DNA of 64,000 nt from Bacteroidota bacterium. GTDB taxonomy: Bacteria > Bacteroidota > Bacteroidia > Bacteroidales > WCHB1-69. Location of the stretch: assembly GCA_017860455.1 (NCBI GenBank), contig JAGDMF010000013.1, forward strand, positions 556 to 64,555. Reading direction: 5' to 3'. Made by a program: the position numbers and the translations under genes. Below, piece by piece: positions 8,467-19,608 of the stretch. Numbering within the stretch: the stretch's first letter is position 1; each line of letters starts with the position of its first letter. The notes below the pieces were generated by a model that did not search any database, had not been told where the DNA came from, and saw nothing but the letters and a program-made list of their open reading frames with translations.

Positions 8467-11286
8467 ATGAAATTAGTAAAAATGCTCTTGATGGCTATTG
8501 TTATGATGGCTATCGTTTTAGGGAATGCGCAGACTACAAAGCCTGCATATCCTGTTAATCAACCTATCCCTTCTGACCAGAAAGTGATCACCGGTCAGCT
8601 CGAAAATGGCTTGAAATATTATATTAAAGCCAACAAAAAACCTGAAAAGCGTGCTGTATTTTTCTTAGCTGTTGACGCTGGTTCCGTGTTAGAAAGAGAT
8701 GACCAAATGGGATTAGCCCATTTCGTAGAACACATGGGTTTTAACGGGACCAAACAGTTTCCGGGAAATACTCTTGTAAGTGAATTGGAAAAGAAAGGGG
8801 TTATTTTTGGTAGAGATATCAATGCATCCACCGGACTTGAAAGTACACAATATTATGTTGTTCTTCCTACTGATGACTCTGTTCTTTTTGATATGGGTTT
8901 GAAAATCTTAGATGGTTGGGCTTTTAATATGTTGTTGAGTGAAAAAGAGATCGATAAAGAAAGAGGTGTTATTATTGAAGAGTGGCGTGTTTACAGAAGT
9001 GCTGATGAACGTTTGATGGCAAAAACACTACCTATTGAGTTAAAAGGTTCTCCTTATGCTTCCCGCTTACCTATCGGAACTTTAGAAAATCTTCAAAGTT
9101 TTACTTATAAATCGTTAAGAGATTTTTATAAATCATTTTACAGGACTGACAATATGTCTATTATTATTGTCGGTGACTTTGATCCAGTTGAAATGGAACA
9201 AAAAGTGAAAGATTTCTTTACAATGACTCCGGCAGCTGCAACACCATTAAACAGAACCGTTTATGAGATTCCGGGCAACAAAGAACCATTAATTGCTATA
9301 GCAACCGATGCAGAAGCAACATCTACTGATATCAGCGTTAATTTTAAAAAACCCGCTATGAATTTTAAAACGTATGCTGATTATAGAAAAATGATGAGTA
9401 TCAATCTGTTCTGTTTTATGTTAAGACAAAGATATGATGAGATCAGTGAACAAAAAACATCTCCTTTTACCTACGGAGGAGCATGGTATAGTGATTACTG
9501 GTCCAAGAAAAATGATGCATTTTCATTATCATTTTCTGCAAAAGAGGGAAAAGCAATGCCAACCTTAGAAGTGATGTTGACAGAATTAAAACGCTTAGAA
9601 CAATTTGGATTTGTAGCAACCGAATTTGAAAGAGCTAAAAGCAGCTTTTTAGCTTCTGTAGAAAAATCAGCTAAAGAAGCAGACAAGAAAGATTCCAGAA
9701 ATCATGCATATACTATCGCAAATTCATTCTACGGTGATCGTCCTATTCTTAGTGATTCTTTAAATTTGTTATTAACTAAATACTTTATTGACGGTATTAC
9801 AATAGAAGAGATCAACAGTTTAATCAAAGATATGATCTCTGAAGAAAATATCACTGTTGTTTTAACTATGCCTGAAAAGAAAGAGATAAAAGTGCCAACT
9901 GATGTTGAGATCAAAAAGATGTTTGAAAAAGTGAAAAAAATGAAAACATCTCCTTACATTGACAAGGTAAATAGTTCCCCATTTTTAGTAAAAGAACCAA
10001 CATCCGGAAAAGTAATTTCTAAAAAAGTAAACAACGAACTGGGCTTTACAGAATTGGTTTTAAGCAATGGTGCAAAAGTGATTATTAAACCAACAACATA
10101 TCAAAATGATGAGATTCAGTTGGTAGCATTCAGCAAAGGTGGAAATTCAATTTATCCGGACAATAAATTGATTAATGCTTATTATGCAACAGATGTAATC
10201 AGTTCATCCGGTATTGGTAATTACACTTCAGTAGATTACACCAAATTCATGATGGGGAAAAAATACTCCATTTATCCTTACATTTCAACCTATGATGAAG
10301 GATTTAACGGCAATACTACTGTAAAAGACTTTGAATTTTTCTTACAACATCTATATATGTACTTTGAAGCTCCACGTGCAGATCAGGATGTTTTGGATAG
10401 AATGATGACAGAATGGAAAGATCAGATTAGTATGCAAAAAAACTCCAGAGATTACCAATTTTCTAAGTTTACGCAACAACAAATGTATCCCAATAATACC
10501 CGTATGATCTTTTTGGATGAAAAAAATATCACAAAAATTAATTTAGGTGAGATGAAGAAAATCTTTAAAGAAAGATTTACAAACGCCGGTGAATTCACTT
10601 TTATTTTAGTAGGAAATATTGATGTTGACAAAGTTATTCCGATGATTGAAAAATATATTGGTGGAATTCCGGGAAAAACAGCTAAAGAAGAAATTATAAA
10701 CAGAGTTCCTGAGTTTGCAAAAGGAGTTGTTGATAAAACTTTCAAAATGGGTGTTTCTGAAAAAACTACTGTTTCAATTGCTACCAATCAGGTTTATCAA
10801 TGGAGTGAAAAATCAATTTTAGCCATTTCAGCATTAAACAGTATCATGCAAATTAAAATGACTGAAAATATACGGGAAAAATTAGGGGGAACGTATGGTG
10901 CCAGATTGGGCTTATATCCAACTAAATGGCCGGTTCAACGGATCATGATGAGTATTAGCTTAGGATGTGAGCCAGCCAGAATTGAAGAGTTAACCAATGC
11001 CATCTGGGCAACCATTGATGAAATTATGTTGAATGGTCCAACTGAAATTGACTTAAAAAAAGTAAAAGAGCAGATGATCAGAAGTTATGAAGTTTCTTTA
11101 GAAAATAATAGAACATGGACATCAAGCATTAAAAGCATGTATTATTTAGACAATCAGTTTTACACATTAGCTCAATACAAAGAAATAGTTAATGCTCTTA
11201 CTATTGAAGATATTAAAACTGTGGCTCAATACATGAAACACAACGAATATGTCAGAACCATTTTATTACCTGAAAGTGCAAACTAA
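8467..11286 (+). CDS. M16 family zinc peptidase (PqqL-like), secreted
   Basis: Signal peptide, inverted zincin motif HFVEH, ERGVIIEEWR, C-terminal IREKLGGTY. Confidence 0.93.
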   Translation: MKLVKMLLMAIVMMAIVLGNAQTTKPAYPVNQPIPSDQKVITGQLENGLKYYIKANKKPEKRAVFFLAVDAGSVLERDDQMGLAHFVEHMGFNGTKQFPGNTLVSELEKKGVIFGRDINASTGLESTQYYVVLPTDDSVLFDMGLKILDGWAFNMLLSEKEIDKERGVIIEEWRVYRSADERLMAKTLPIELKGSPYASRLPIGTLENLQSFTYKSLRDFYKSFYRTDNMSIIIVGDFDPVEMEQKVKDFFTMTPAAATPLNRTVYEIPGNKEPLIAIATDAEATSTDISVNFKKPAMNFKTYADYRKMMSINLFCFMLRQRYDEISEQKTSPFTYGGAWYSDYWSKKNDAFSLSFSAKEGKAMPTLEVMLTELKRLEQFGFVATEFERAKSSFLASVEKSAKEADKKDSRNHAYTIANSFYGDRPILSDSLNLLLTKYFIDGITIEEINSLIKDMISEENITVVLTMPEKKEIKVPTDVEIKKMFEKVKKMKTSPYIDKVNSSPFLVKEPTSGKVISKKVNNELGFTELVLSNGAKVIIKPTTYQNDEIQLVAFSKGGNSIYPDNKLINAYYATDVISSSGIGNYTSVDYTKFMMGKKYSIYPYISTYDEGFNGNTTVKDFEFFLQHLYMYFEAPRADQDVLDRMMTEWKDQISMQKNSRDYQFSKFTQQQMYPNNTRMIFLDEKNITKINLGEMKKIFKERFTNAGEFTFILVGNIDVDKVIPMIEKYIGGIPGKTAKEEIINRVPEFAKGVVDKTFKMGVSEKTTVSIATNQVYQWSEKSILAISALNSIMQIKMTENIREKLGGTYGARLGLYPTKWPVQRIMMSISLGCEPARIEELTNAIWATIDEIMLNGPTEIDLKKVKEQMIRSYEVSLENNRTWTSSIKSMYYLDNQFYTLAQYKEIVNALTIEDIKTVAQYMKHNEYVRTILLPESAN

Positions 11287-12308
11287 ACGGTGATTTCTCC
11301 TCTAAGAGGGATACCCATCCAATGTTTCACTTCCTGAACAGATAAATTGTGGCCGAGCAAATACATTAGCTTGGCCACAGCTGCTTCTGTAGTGATATCA
11401 TTGCCACTCACTACCCCAATTTTTCCTAAGGCTACACTGGCACCATATTTCCCAATTTCAACAGTTCCTCCCCCTTTACATTGGGTAACATTCATTATGA
11501 TTATATTATTTTCAACTGCTTCTTTTAATAAATGAAGAAATGGTTCATTGGAAGGGGCATTACCGGATCCAAAAGTTTCCATAATCACAGCTTTGATTCC
11601 GGGAGTATTGAGTACTGAACGAATGGCTTGATGTGTAATTCCGGGATATAATTTAAGAATTCCGATATTATCATCCATTTCATCATGTAAAATCAAAGGT
11701 TTTTCGGAACATTTAGCAATAAATGGATCATTATATTTGATATTAACGCCCACTTCTGCTAATTTTGGATAGTTTGCAGACATAAACGCATTAAAATGCT
11801 CTGCATTATCTTTATAGGTTCTATTGCCTCTATAAAGTGAATTTTCGAAATAGATACAAACTTCCGGCACTCTGGGAACTCCATTGAGGTGAGCAGAAGC
11901 GATTTCAATGGAATTTAAAATATTCTCTCTTCCATCGGTTCTCATCACACCTAAGGGTAGTTGAGATCCGGTAAGAATAACAGGTTTTGATAGGTTTTCC
12001 AACAAAAAACTAAGTGCTGAAGCTGTATAAGACATGGTATCTGTTCCATGTAGTACCACAAAACCATCATATTTTTCATAATTATCATAAATTCTTCGGG
12101 CCAATCGTTTCCAAAAGTCAGGATTGGTATCTGAAGAATCAATCAATGGAAGCATCTCTTCACACACAATTTCAGCATCAATGATGTTCAACATGGGTAA
12201 ATGTTCATAAACATCCTTAAATCTAAAGGGTTCGAGGGCACCTGTTTCAGGGCTTTTGATCATCCCGATGGTTCCTCCGGTATAGATCACATTGATTTTT
12301 CTATTCAT
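11283..12308 (-). CDS. ansA: Type I (cytoplasmic) L-asparaginase
   Basis: YTGGTIGM, HGTDTM and TGSQLP motifs, no signal peptide. Confidence 0.92.
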   Translation of the reverse strand: MNRKINVIYTGGTIGMIKSPETGALEPFRFKDVYEHLPMLNIIDAEIVCEEMLPLIDSSDTNPDFWKRLARRIYDNYEKYDGFVVLHGTDTMSYTASALSFLLENLSKPVILTGSQLPLGVMRTDGRENILNSIEIASAHLNGVPRVPEVCIYFENSLYRGNRTYKDNAEHFNAFMSANYPKLAEVGVNIKYNDPFIAKCSEKPLILHDEMDDNIGILKLYPGITHQAIRSVLNTPGIKAVIMETFGSGNAPSNEPFLHLLKEAVENNIIIMNVTQCKGGGTVEIGKYGASVALGKIGVVSGNDITTEAAVAKLMYLLGHNLSVQEVKHWMGIPLRGEITV

Positions 12309-12311
12309 GAT

Positions 12312-13004
12312 TTACTTTTTGTGAAAAACCGATTTTTCTTTGTCACAGAGTGGACATTTCCAATGATCAGGCAAATCTTCAAATGGTGTTCCCGGAGCAA
12401 TTTGATGATCCTGATCTCCTAAGGAAGGATGGTATTCATATCCACAAACGCCACAAACATACACTTCATTTTTGGGAGCTGAAAGATTTTTCAATTTTGG
12501 ATCAAAATAGGTAGGAGCGGTTTTAGGAGATTTTAATTTAAACACATTTCGATAATAGTCATAAGTTAATGGGGGTTCATTTTGATCAATAAAATCTCCA
12601 TTTTGTAATTTGCATAAATATAAAATGTGAGTTCCCGCATCAAATTCAGTGATCACTTCTGCATCATACCATGCACACATATTTTCCGTAATAATCGGCA
12701 TTTTAAGAGGAGAATACTGAATTGTATACCCTTCAAATTTATTTATATTTTTACTACTTTTGTAACCAAACTGGGCAATAAATTCCCTTTTGACATGTTC
12801 TCCAATAACCACAATACCCACTTTTTGAGATCGTGTGATTTTTTCGGTTGAGTAGTTCTCTTTATTAGAGGCAATAATGATTTGTAATGGATCAGAAGTT
12901 ACCTGCATAATGGCATTTCCAATAAATCCATAGTTTTCCCCTTCATAATGGGTCGTAATTAAGTAAAGACCATAACTGATCTTGTTCAGAGCTTCAAAGT
13001 TCAT
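12312..13004 (-). CDS. Flavin reductase-rubredoxin fusion (high-molecular-weight rubredoxin-like)
   Basis: N-terminal flavin reductase-like domain (ISYGLY, DAGTH) and C-terminal rubredoxin CGVCGYEY...WKCPLC. Confidence 0.88.
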   Translation of the reverse strand: MNFEALNKISYGLYLITTHYEGENYGFIGNAIMQVTSDPLQIIIASNKENYSTEKITRSQKVGIVVIGEHVKREFIAQFGYKSSKNINKFEGYTIQYSPLKMPIITENMCAWYDAEVITEFDAGTHILYLCKLQNGDFIDQNEPPLTYDYYRNVFKLKSPKTAPTYFDPKLKNLSAPKNEVYVCGVCGYEYHPSLGDQDHQIAPGTPFEDLPDHWKCPLCDKEKSVFHKK

Positions 13005-13037
13005 TTTATTAAAATTAGATGGTATAAGTTAAATCTG

Positions 13038-15494
13038 CTATTTACAGAAGTCACAAGATATTTTACGTATTTCCTCATTGTCATAAATACAAGGAGTGAG
13101 TTTATCAAGTAGTACGCATAAATATTTAGGATTTCTTTTTTCAGCAATTTTAACAGCTCTGGTAAAAAGAGAACTCATAAAAAATTCCTCTTTATAACCG
13201 GTCAATGAGATATAGGCAAATAGGAAATCCTCAGATATTTTTGGATTATCAATAAATGGGGTCATGATATCAATAGCATAATCATAATCATTTCCTTTGA
13301 TGAATATATTGGCCAATTTATAAGCTGCTTCCCAGCTATCCATAACAGGATTTCTGATTGCTTTTATTTTCGCATAAGTAGCGATATTCAAAGTTGCATT
13401 TTCTGAATTTTTAGGAGCAGTTTTCAAATATTCCAAAATTTTAATTTGAAATTCCATATTCAAATTATTGATTCGATCAACAGGAAGGGATGGAATGGTA
13501 TATAATTTATCAATATCTGTTTGAATTTTAAGAATTTGGGCATTGTTTTCCAATGGTTTTCCCAAAGCATCAACCACTGTCATATTAAAATTGGAAACCG
13601 GATTTTTAGGATCCATATTAAACACTCTCTTGGTTTTAATTTGGATTTTATCCTCCATCGTTGGTGCAGCATAATACTGCATATACAAATTATTGGTTAA
13701 AAATGGGATAAATTGTTTTGTTTCAGGAACATACAATTTATCAACGTTGAAGCTTTTAAATCTTTGAAATTCAATTTGTCTAATAATATATTGTTGGATC
13801 GACATTGCCAAAGCTAAATTCTTTTGTTCGATAGCCTGATTAAATTTATAAGATACAAACTCTTGTTCATTAGTTCCATCAATTAGAAATGAAACATGGA
13901 AAACGATTTTAGCATATCTTTGTTTAGACAAGAAATCTTTTTCTAATTTTTTAGCAATCTCGTTATTATTTTCTTTTAGTTTTTTAATGGCTTCCTCTTT
14001 ACTCATAAAAGAGATATCAAAGTACTCTTCATTATTCACGATTTCAGATTGGAATTGAGGCCAACTATCACCAATACTGCTTGTTATGGGCATTCCAGGA
14101 TACTTAGTCATCAAGGCTTTTTTGATACTTTCTGCTCTGGTTTTCAAATTTTTCTGATAGGTAGCATTATTGATTTGATCAATAGAGTTACAAGCTATCA
14201 CTTCAATACTTTCAACTCTAAAAGGTGGAAGGTTTGGATTTCCAACACTTATTAATGAATCGATTTCTGCCAGAGTGAAACTATTTTTATTTGGATTGGT
14301 AAACGGGATTTTAACATCATAGCTGCTTTTTTCACTAACTGCCACCCATTCACCAACTACAGGGATCGATTTTTCATCAATAATAAAATTCACTTTATCA
14401 TTAGATTTAACATTGTGAGCTTCAATGGCTTTTTTGAAGATGGTTCTACAGACCACTTTGTCATCTTTTACATAAAGAACATTGATAAAAAATTCATCAT
14501 CTAAATCGATACTTTCAGGAACTTTGGCAATGATAGATTTTACTTTAAGTTTATCTTCTGATTCATTGGTACTCATTATTTGATCAAAAGTGATGGGTTT
14601 AGAAACGGTTCCTCTGAAGATTTTATCATTATCAATAATCATATCTTTACAATCATACTGACTCATTAAAATAAAATCTAATACGATACCATCTCCATCT
14701 CTTCCGATTATTTTTTTCAAAGTTTTATTATCATCAAACTCCAGATATACATTTCCTTCTTTATCAACAGTAATCATATTTGAAAGCGATTCAAAAGAAT
14801 TATCCTCTAAACATTTTTTACATAATCCTTCATCAAAATATTCAAGTCCCCCTTTACCTTTTGAGATAGGAAGGTTTTTATCCATTGGAGAAGATTTATA
14901 AACCATAAAAGTTCTATCATTTCCTAAAATAAAAGAAGCGTATAAGGTTTTCATAAATTCATCCGGTTCGCAGGCTATTCCAATGAATGTGTATTGTTTG
15001 TCTAATAATTGTTTAACTTGTCTAGGATTTTTGAAAATGGGAGCTAATAATTCCATTGATGCATCATAATAGGAATAATCCTGAACGCCAAGGGTTGCTC
15101 TTCCCTTTGTAACTATTTCAATACCTCTATGAGACAATCCATATTTTTTTAATCTGTAAAAGGTCGTTTTATAAGGAGCTACATTCTCTTCAGTTTTTTC
15201 ATTACTGTTTGCCTGAAACGTAGCTTGCATTGCTGCCACAGAATCAAATATTTCATCATGTTTCAAAGGATCCAGATAAAAGTATTTTTTACGGGCATAA
15301 TCGATGATATCCGTTATACAATCGTATAAAATCTTAGAATCATAGTTACCCGGATTGAAATTTTTCGCATATTTAGCATTCTCTTTTAATTCAGGTGCTT
15401 TGAAATCAGCATAAGGATTTACGGTTTGAGAATACCCCAAGTTATTGATTATCAATAGAAAGGTAACAAACAGAAAGGATAGCTTTTTTATCAT
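13038..15494 (-). CDS. Large secreted hypothetical protein with a probable N-terminal CAP/SCP-like domain and a helical C-terminus
   Basis: 818 aa with a signal peptide. ARKK..L.PL..D....VA..QA and LLD..YT.IGIA resemble CAP domains. Confidence 0.6.
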   Translation of the reverse strand: MIKKLSFLFVTFLLIINNLGYSQTVNPYADFKAPELKENAKYAKNFNPGNYDSKILYDCITDIIDYARKKYFYLDPLKHDEIFDSVAAMQATFQANSNEKTEENVAPYKTTFYRLKKYGLSHRGIEIVTKGRATLGVQDYSYYDASMELLAPIFKNPRQVKQLLDKQYTFIGIACEPDEFMKTLYASFILGNDRTFMVYKSSPMDKNLPISKGKGGLEYFDEGLCKKCLEDNSFESLSNMITVDKEGNVYLEFDDNKTLKKIIGRDGDGIVLDFILMSQYDCKDMIIDNDKIFRGTVSKPITFDQIMSTNESEDKLKVKSIIAKVPESIDLDDEFFINVLYVKDDKVVCRTIFKKAIEAHNVKSNDKVNFIIDEKSIPVVGEWVAVSEKSSYDVKIPFTNPNKNSFTLAEIDSLISVGNPNLPPFRVESIEVIACNSIDQINNATYQKNLKTRAESIKKALMTKYPGMPITSSIGDSWPQFQSEIVNNEEYFDISFMSKEEAIKKLKENNNEIAKKLEKDFLSKQRYAKIVFHVSFLIDGTNEQEFVSYKFNQAIEQKNLALAMSIQQYIIRQIEFQRFKSFNVDKLYVPETKQFIPFLTNNLYMQYYAAPTMEDKIQIKTKRVFNMDPKNPVSNFNMTVVDALGKPLENNAQILKIQTDIDKLYTIPSLPVDRINNLNMEFQIKILEYLKTAPKNSENATLNIATYAKIKAIRNPVMDSWEAAYKLANIFIKGNDYDYAIDIMTPFIDNPKISEDFLFAYISLTGYKEEFFMSSLFTRAVKIAEKRNPKYLCVLLDKLTPCIYDNEEIRKISCDFCK

Positions 15495-15600
15495 AATAAT
15501 AATATTTAATATACTGAAAATTAATTTACAATAATAATAAAAATTCTTTTAGGTTCGCCAAAGAAAAACATGTAATTTTGCAAACAGAAAAATTTTTTTT

Positions 15601-16596
15601 ATGGATACAGTTTTAAGCGGAATCAGACCAACAGGATATTTACATTTAGGCAACTATTTTGGAGCTCTAAAAAATTTTATACGAATGCAGGAAGAAAACA
15701 ATTGTTATTTCTTTATTGCTGATTATCATTCACTTACAACACATCCTGATACTAAAGCATTACATAATCATATTAAAAATGTGTTAATTGATTATATTGC
15801 AGCAGGTTTAGACCCTGAAAAAGCAGTAATATATGTACAGAGTGATGTTCCTGAAGTTTGTGAACTTAATTTGTTACTTTCGATGCACGTTTATGTTGGA
15901 GAACTTCAAAGAGTAAGCTCATTTAAAGAGAAAGTTAGAAAACAACCTGATAATGTTAATGCAGGTTTATTGGGTTATCCCATTTTAATGGCTTCAGATA
16001 TTTTATTACATCGTGCAGATAAAGTACCTGTAGGAAAAGATCAGGAGCAACATTTAGAGATGACCCGTGATTTTGCTCAAAGATTCAACAGTTTTTATAA
16101 TGTTGACTATTTTAAGCTTCCCTTAGCTTATAATTTTGGAGAGCAATTAGTTAAAATTCCGGGATTGGATGGTTCCACCAAAATGTCAAAATCTGATAAT
16201 GAAAACTCCTGTATTTTTCTTTCAGATGCACCTGAATTAATTCGTAAAAAAGTGATGAAAGCAGTTTCAGATTCCGGTCCAACTGTTCCCAATCAGGAGA
16301 AACCTCAATCCGTTGAGAATCTATTTTCTTTAATGCAAGCAGTTTCGACTCCTGATACCTTAGCATTTTTTGAAAATCAATATGCTCAATGTCAAATCAG
16401 ATATGGAGATATGAAGAAACAATTGGCAGAAGATATTATCAATTTTACGGCTCCAATTTATGAGAAAATCAAATTTTTACAAAACGATCATGACTATTTG
16501 TCCAAAATCGCAAAAACCGGGGCAGAAAAAGCTCGTGAAAATGCTCAAAAAACGATAAAGGATGTAAGAGAAATTATTGGTTTAAAACATTTATAG
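15601..16596 (+). CDS. trpS: Tryptophan--tRNA ligase
   Basis: SGIRPTGYLHLGNY (HIGH-type), VPVGKDQEQH, KMSKS. TAnnTTTG box at 15573-15580. Confidence 0.98.
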   Translation: MDTVLSGIRPTGYLHLGNYFGALKNFIRMQEENNCYFFIADYHSLTTHPDTKALHNHIKNVLIDYIAAGLDPEKAVIYVQSDVPEVCELNLLLSMHVYVGELQRVSSFKEKVRKQPDNVNAGLLGYPILMASDILLHRADKVPVGKDQEQHLEMTRDFAQRFNSFYNVDYFKLPLAYNFGEQLVKIPGLDGSTKMSKSDNENSCIFLSDAPELIRKKVMKAVSDSGPTVPNQEKPQSVENLFSLMQAVSTPDTLAFFENQYAQCQIRYGDMKKQLAEDIINFTAPIYEKIKFLQNDHDYLSKIAKTGAEKARENAQKTIKDVREIIGLKHL

Positions 16597-16603
16597 AGGT
16601 AAA

Positions 16604-17536
16604 ATGAGACTATTTCGCACAATAAGTAAAAAGATCTGGATCCTAGTTGTTGTTTTGATCATATCTTTAGTTTTTTTTAAATTATCCTGTAAAGATAAAA
16701 ACAATGAAAAAATAAGCTTAAGGGAGCAAATTTATAAAACAAATGATTCCTTAGATCTCATTTCAAGAGACACCATCTGGGTTAAAATCGGGGCCGGTAA
16801 TAAAAAGGTAAAAATGGCTTGGAGTAGAAATACAACTAATTTGCAACGTAAGCATATTTCAAATCTATTATCGCAGCTCATTTTTGTTAATGAAGGCTCA
16901 TTTTTAATGGGATCAGATCCCACTATTGACACAATGTGTTCCAAGTACGAAGTGCCAAGACACAATGTTCAAGTTTCCTCTTTTTTTATTTCCAAATACG
17001 AAATTACTCAGATCTTATTCCATGAATTGATGGGATACAATCCAAACACATACAGAAACAACAATTATCCTATGACTAATATAAGCTGGAATGAAGCAAA
17101 TCAATTTATTAAAAAACTGAATCATGTTACCTGTCTTCATTTTGAATTACCCACTGAAGCGCAATGGGAGTATGCTGCTAAGGGTGGTAATAAATCTAAA
17201 CAAACCCTTTTTGCCGGTAATAAAGATATCAATAAAGTGGCATGGTATAAAAGTAATTCCAACGGATTATTTCAAAAAGTGGGAACGTTAGCTCCGAATG
17301 AATTGGATCTTTGCGACATGAGTGGTAATGTTTGGGAATGGTGTAGAGATTTTTATGCGCCCTATACACCTGATAGTCAAGTGAATCCTACAGGCCCAGC
17401 TACAGGAACAACACGGGTTTACCGGGGTGGCAGCTGGATAGATAATGTGAACTATACTAGAATCACTTACAGAAACTCAGGAAATCCTGATCTAAAAATG
17501 AATTGTTTAGGATTTAGAGTTGTTTTAATACCTTAA
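16604..17536 (+). CDS. SUMF1/FGE-sulfatase (formylglycine-generating enzyme-like) domain protein
   Basis: F.MGS, LPTEAQWEYAA, DMSGNVWEW, RGGSW, GFRVV, with an N-terminal membrane or lipoprotein anchor. Confidence 0.9.
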   Translation: MRLFRTISKKIWILVVVLIISLVFFKLSCKDKNNEKISLREQIYKTNDSLDLISRDTIWVKIGAGNKKVKMAWSRNTTNLQRKHISNLLSQLIFVNEGSFLMGSDPTIDTMCSKYEVPRHNVQVSSFFISKYEITQILFHELMGYNPNTYRNNNYPMTNISWNEANQFIKKLNHVTCLHFELPTEAQWEYAAKGGNKSKQTLFAGNKDINKVAWYKSNSNGLFQKVGTLAPNELDLCDMSGNVWEWCRDFYAPYTPDSQVNPTGPATGTTRVYRGGSWIDNVNYTRITYRNSGNPDLKMNCLGFRVVLIP

Positions 17537-17538
17537 CT

Positions 17539-18474
17539 ATGAAAGGATTAGTAACCAAATCCACCGGACTTTGGTATGAAGTGATTGATGAAAATTATCA
17601 AGTGATTACTTGCAGACTTAGAGGAAAGTTTAGAATTGAAGGGATTAAAAACACCAATCCTGTAGTAGTTGGAGATCATGTTGAATTTGATCTCATGGAA
17701 GATGGAACCGGGTATATTACACAAATTGAGAAAAGAAAAAACTATATTGACCGGAAATCTACAAAACTTTCCAAAATCAGTCATTTAATTGCTTCCAATA
17801 TTGATCGAGCTTTTTTAGTGGTTACGTTAAATGAACCGAGAACATCTCTTGGATTTATCGATCGTTTTTTGGTTGCAGCTGAAGGATTTAGAATACCCGT
17901 TACTTTATTATTCAACAAAATAGATCTTTATGATGATGAAAATCTTGCCATTATAAAACAGGTTGCAGAGATGTATGAATCAGTTGGATATCAGACATTA
18001 TTAACTTCTATAGTAACGTTAGAAGGGATAGAACAACTCAAAACATTAATGTCTGGACAAGTCAGTATGTTTAGTGGACACTCCGGTGTTGGAAAATCAG
18101 CACTTATTAATGTTGTTTTTCCAAATTTGAATCTTAAGGTTGGAGAGATTTCCGACTATCATAAAAAAGGGAAACACACGACCACATTTGCCCAAATGTA
18201 TCCTATTGATCATCATAGTTTTATCGTTGATACTCCCGGGATCAAAGAATTTGGTCTTATAGAATATTCTAAAGAGGAGATTCGGGATTATTTTCCAGAG
18301 ATTAGAAAATACAACAATTGTTGTAAGTTTTCCAATTGTTCCCATGTTCATGAACCGGGATGTGCTGTTATAAAAGCAGTAGAGGAGGGTTTGATTCCCT
18401 CCTCCAGATATTTGAATTATATAGCCATCATTAGTGATGATGACATGAATATTGCTGATTGGCAACTACTTTGA
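17539..18474 (+). CDS. rsgA: Ribosome small subunit-dependent GTPase A
   Basis: NKID, GHSGVGKS, GKHTTT, DTPG and the zinc finger CKFSNCSHVHEPGC. Confidence 0.97.
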   Translation: MKGLVTKSTGLWYEVIDENYQVITCRLRGKFRIEGIKNTNPVVVGDHVEFDLMEDGTGYITQIEKRKNYIDRKSTKLSKISHLIASNIDRAFLVVTLNEPRTSLGFIDRFLVAAEGFRIPVTLLFNKIDLYDDENLAIIKQVAEMYESVGYQTLLTSIVTLEGIEQLKTLMSGQVSMFSGHSGVGKSALINVVFPNLNLKVGEISDYHKKGKHTTTFAQMYPIDHHSFIVDTPGIKEFGLIEYSKEEIRDYFPEIRKYNNCCKFSNCSHVHEPGCAVIKAVEEGLIPSSRYLNYIAIISDDDMNIADWQLL

Positions 18475-19575
18475 TGGTGTGGGCTGTACTTCAGCATTAA
18501 TATTGATCGTTTTTAATGGATTTTTTGGATCATTGCTTACGATATCAAGAGTAGCCAAATGTGAACCGGTCAGATTTCTAGGGTTAAATGTAATAATTAA
18601 CTTTGCAGATTCACCAGGATTGATAGTCATACTTTCCATTTTTACAGTATAAGAGCTACGGCTTGGGATTAATTGTCTGATTACCAAAGGTGTTTTTCCT
18701 TTATTTGTAATTACCAACACTTTTTCAGATTGTTGATGTGTAAATTGAGTACCAAAATCGACTGCATCGTTATCACATACAATGACAGGAGCTTCCTGAA
18801 GTTGTTTTGGCGTATATTTTGAGAAATCCTCTTTTACATCCATATCCAGTTGAAGTGCTATTTTCTTTTCTATAGAGTCATTACAAGTAACCACAATCAC
18901 TTCTTTAAATTGTCCCACCTGATTTTTCATTCCTGCATCAAAAATAACAGTAACAGTTCCTTCTTGATCCGGTTTTAGTACTTTTCCAAAAGAAGTTTCA
19001 ACAGTTATATGTTTAGGAAGATTGATAAAGTCAATAGGTGAAGATTCTGAACTGAAGTTTTTAATTAAGAATTGATACTTTGCTTTTTGAGCATTGGTAG
19101 TTGTGATTTTACCCATTCTTTCTTTAAAACGGATTTTTCCGTTTCCTTCTTTATAACCAGCTAATTCATATACTGTAGGAGGTCTTTTTTCAACAGTTCC
19201 TTTAATAAAAATCATGAGGGGAGCTCCACCGTTCAAAGCACTATCAACAGGTTGGTTGGTGAAAATTTTAATATGTTTATGAAACGAACCGGGTCTTCCC
19301 ATTGGATCATAAGTGGCATCAATAAAACCTCTACCACCGGGAGGGATTGGTTCACGCGTATAATTTGCAGCTGTACAGCCACAACCGGGCTGGACTCTGT
19401 CCAATTTTAAATCTTGGTTTCCCACATTGCTGAATTCGAATCGGCCGGTAACTTTTCCGCCTTCCTCTTTAATTGATCCGAAATCGTAAGTTGTATTGTC
19501 AAACTTAATCTGTGGTTGTGCATATAGAACAGCCATCATAAAAAATAACAAAACACTTAAATTAAATTTTTTCAT
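18466..19575 (-). CDS. DUF1573 / Ig-like domain secreted protein
   Basis: YDFGSI.E...F.F.N.G...V.PGCGCT signature and further Ig-like repeats. Confidence 0.85.
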   Translation of the reverse strand: MKKFNLSVLLFFMMAVLYAQPQIKFDNTTYDFGSIKEEGGKVTGRFEFSNVGNQDLKLDRVQPGCGCTAANYTREPIPPGGRGFIDATYDPMGRPGSFHKHIKIFTNQPVDSALNGGAPLMIFIKGTVEKRPPTVYELAGYKEGNGKIRFKERMGKITTTNAQKAKYQFLIKNFSSESSPIDFINLPKHITVETSFGKVLKPDQEGTVTVIFDAGMKNQVGQFKEVIVVTCNDSIEKKIALQLDMDVKEDFSKYTPKQLQEAPVIVCDNDAVDFGTQFTHQQSEKVLVITNKGKTPLVIRQLIPSRSSYTVKMESMTINPGESAKLIITFNPRNLTGSHLATLDIVSNDPKNPLKTININAEVQPTPSK

Positions 19576-19608
19576 AGTACATAAAATTTGAGTTATACTT
19601 TGGTTTTT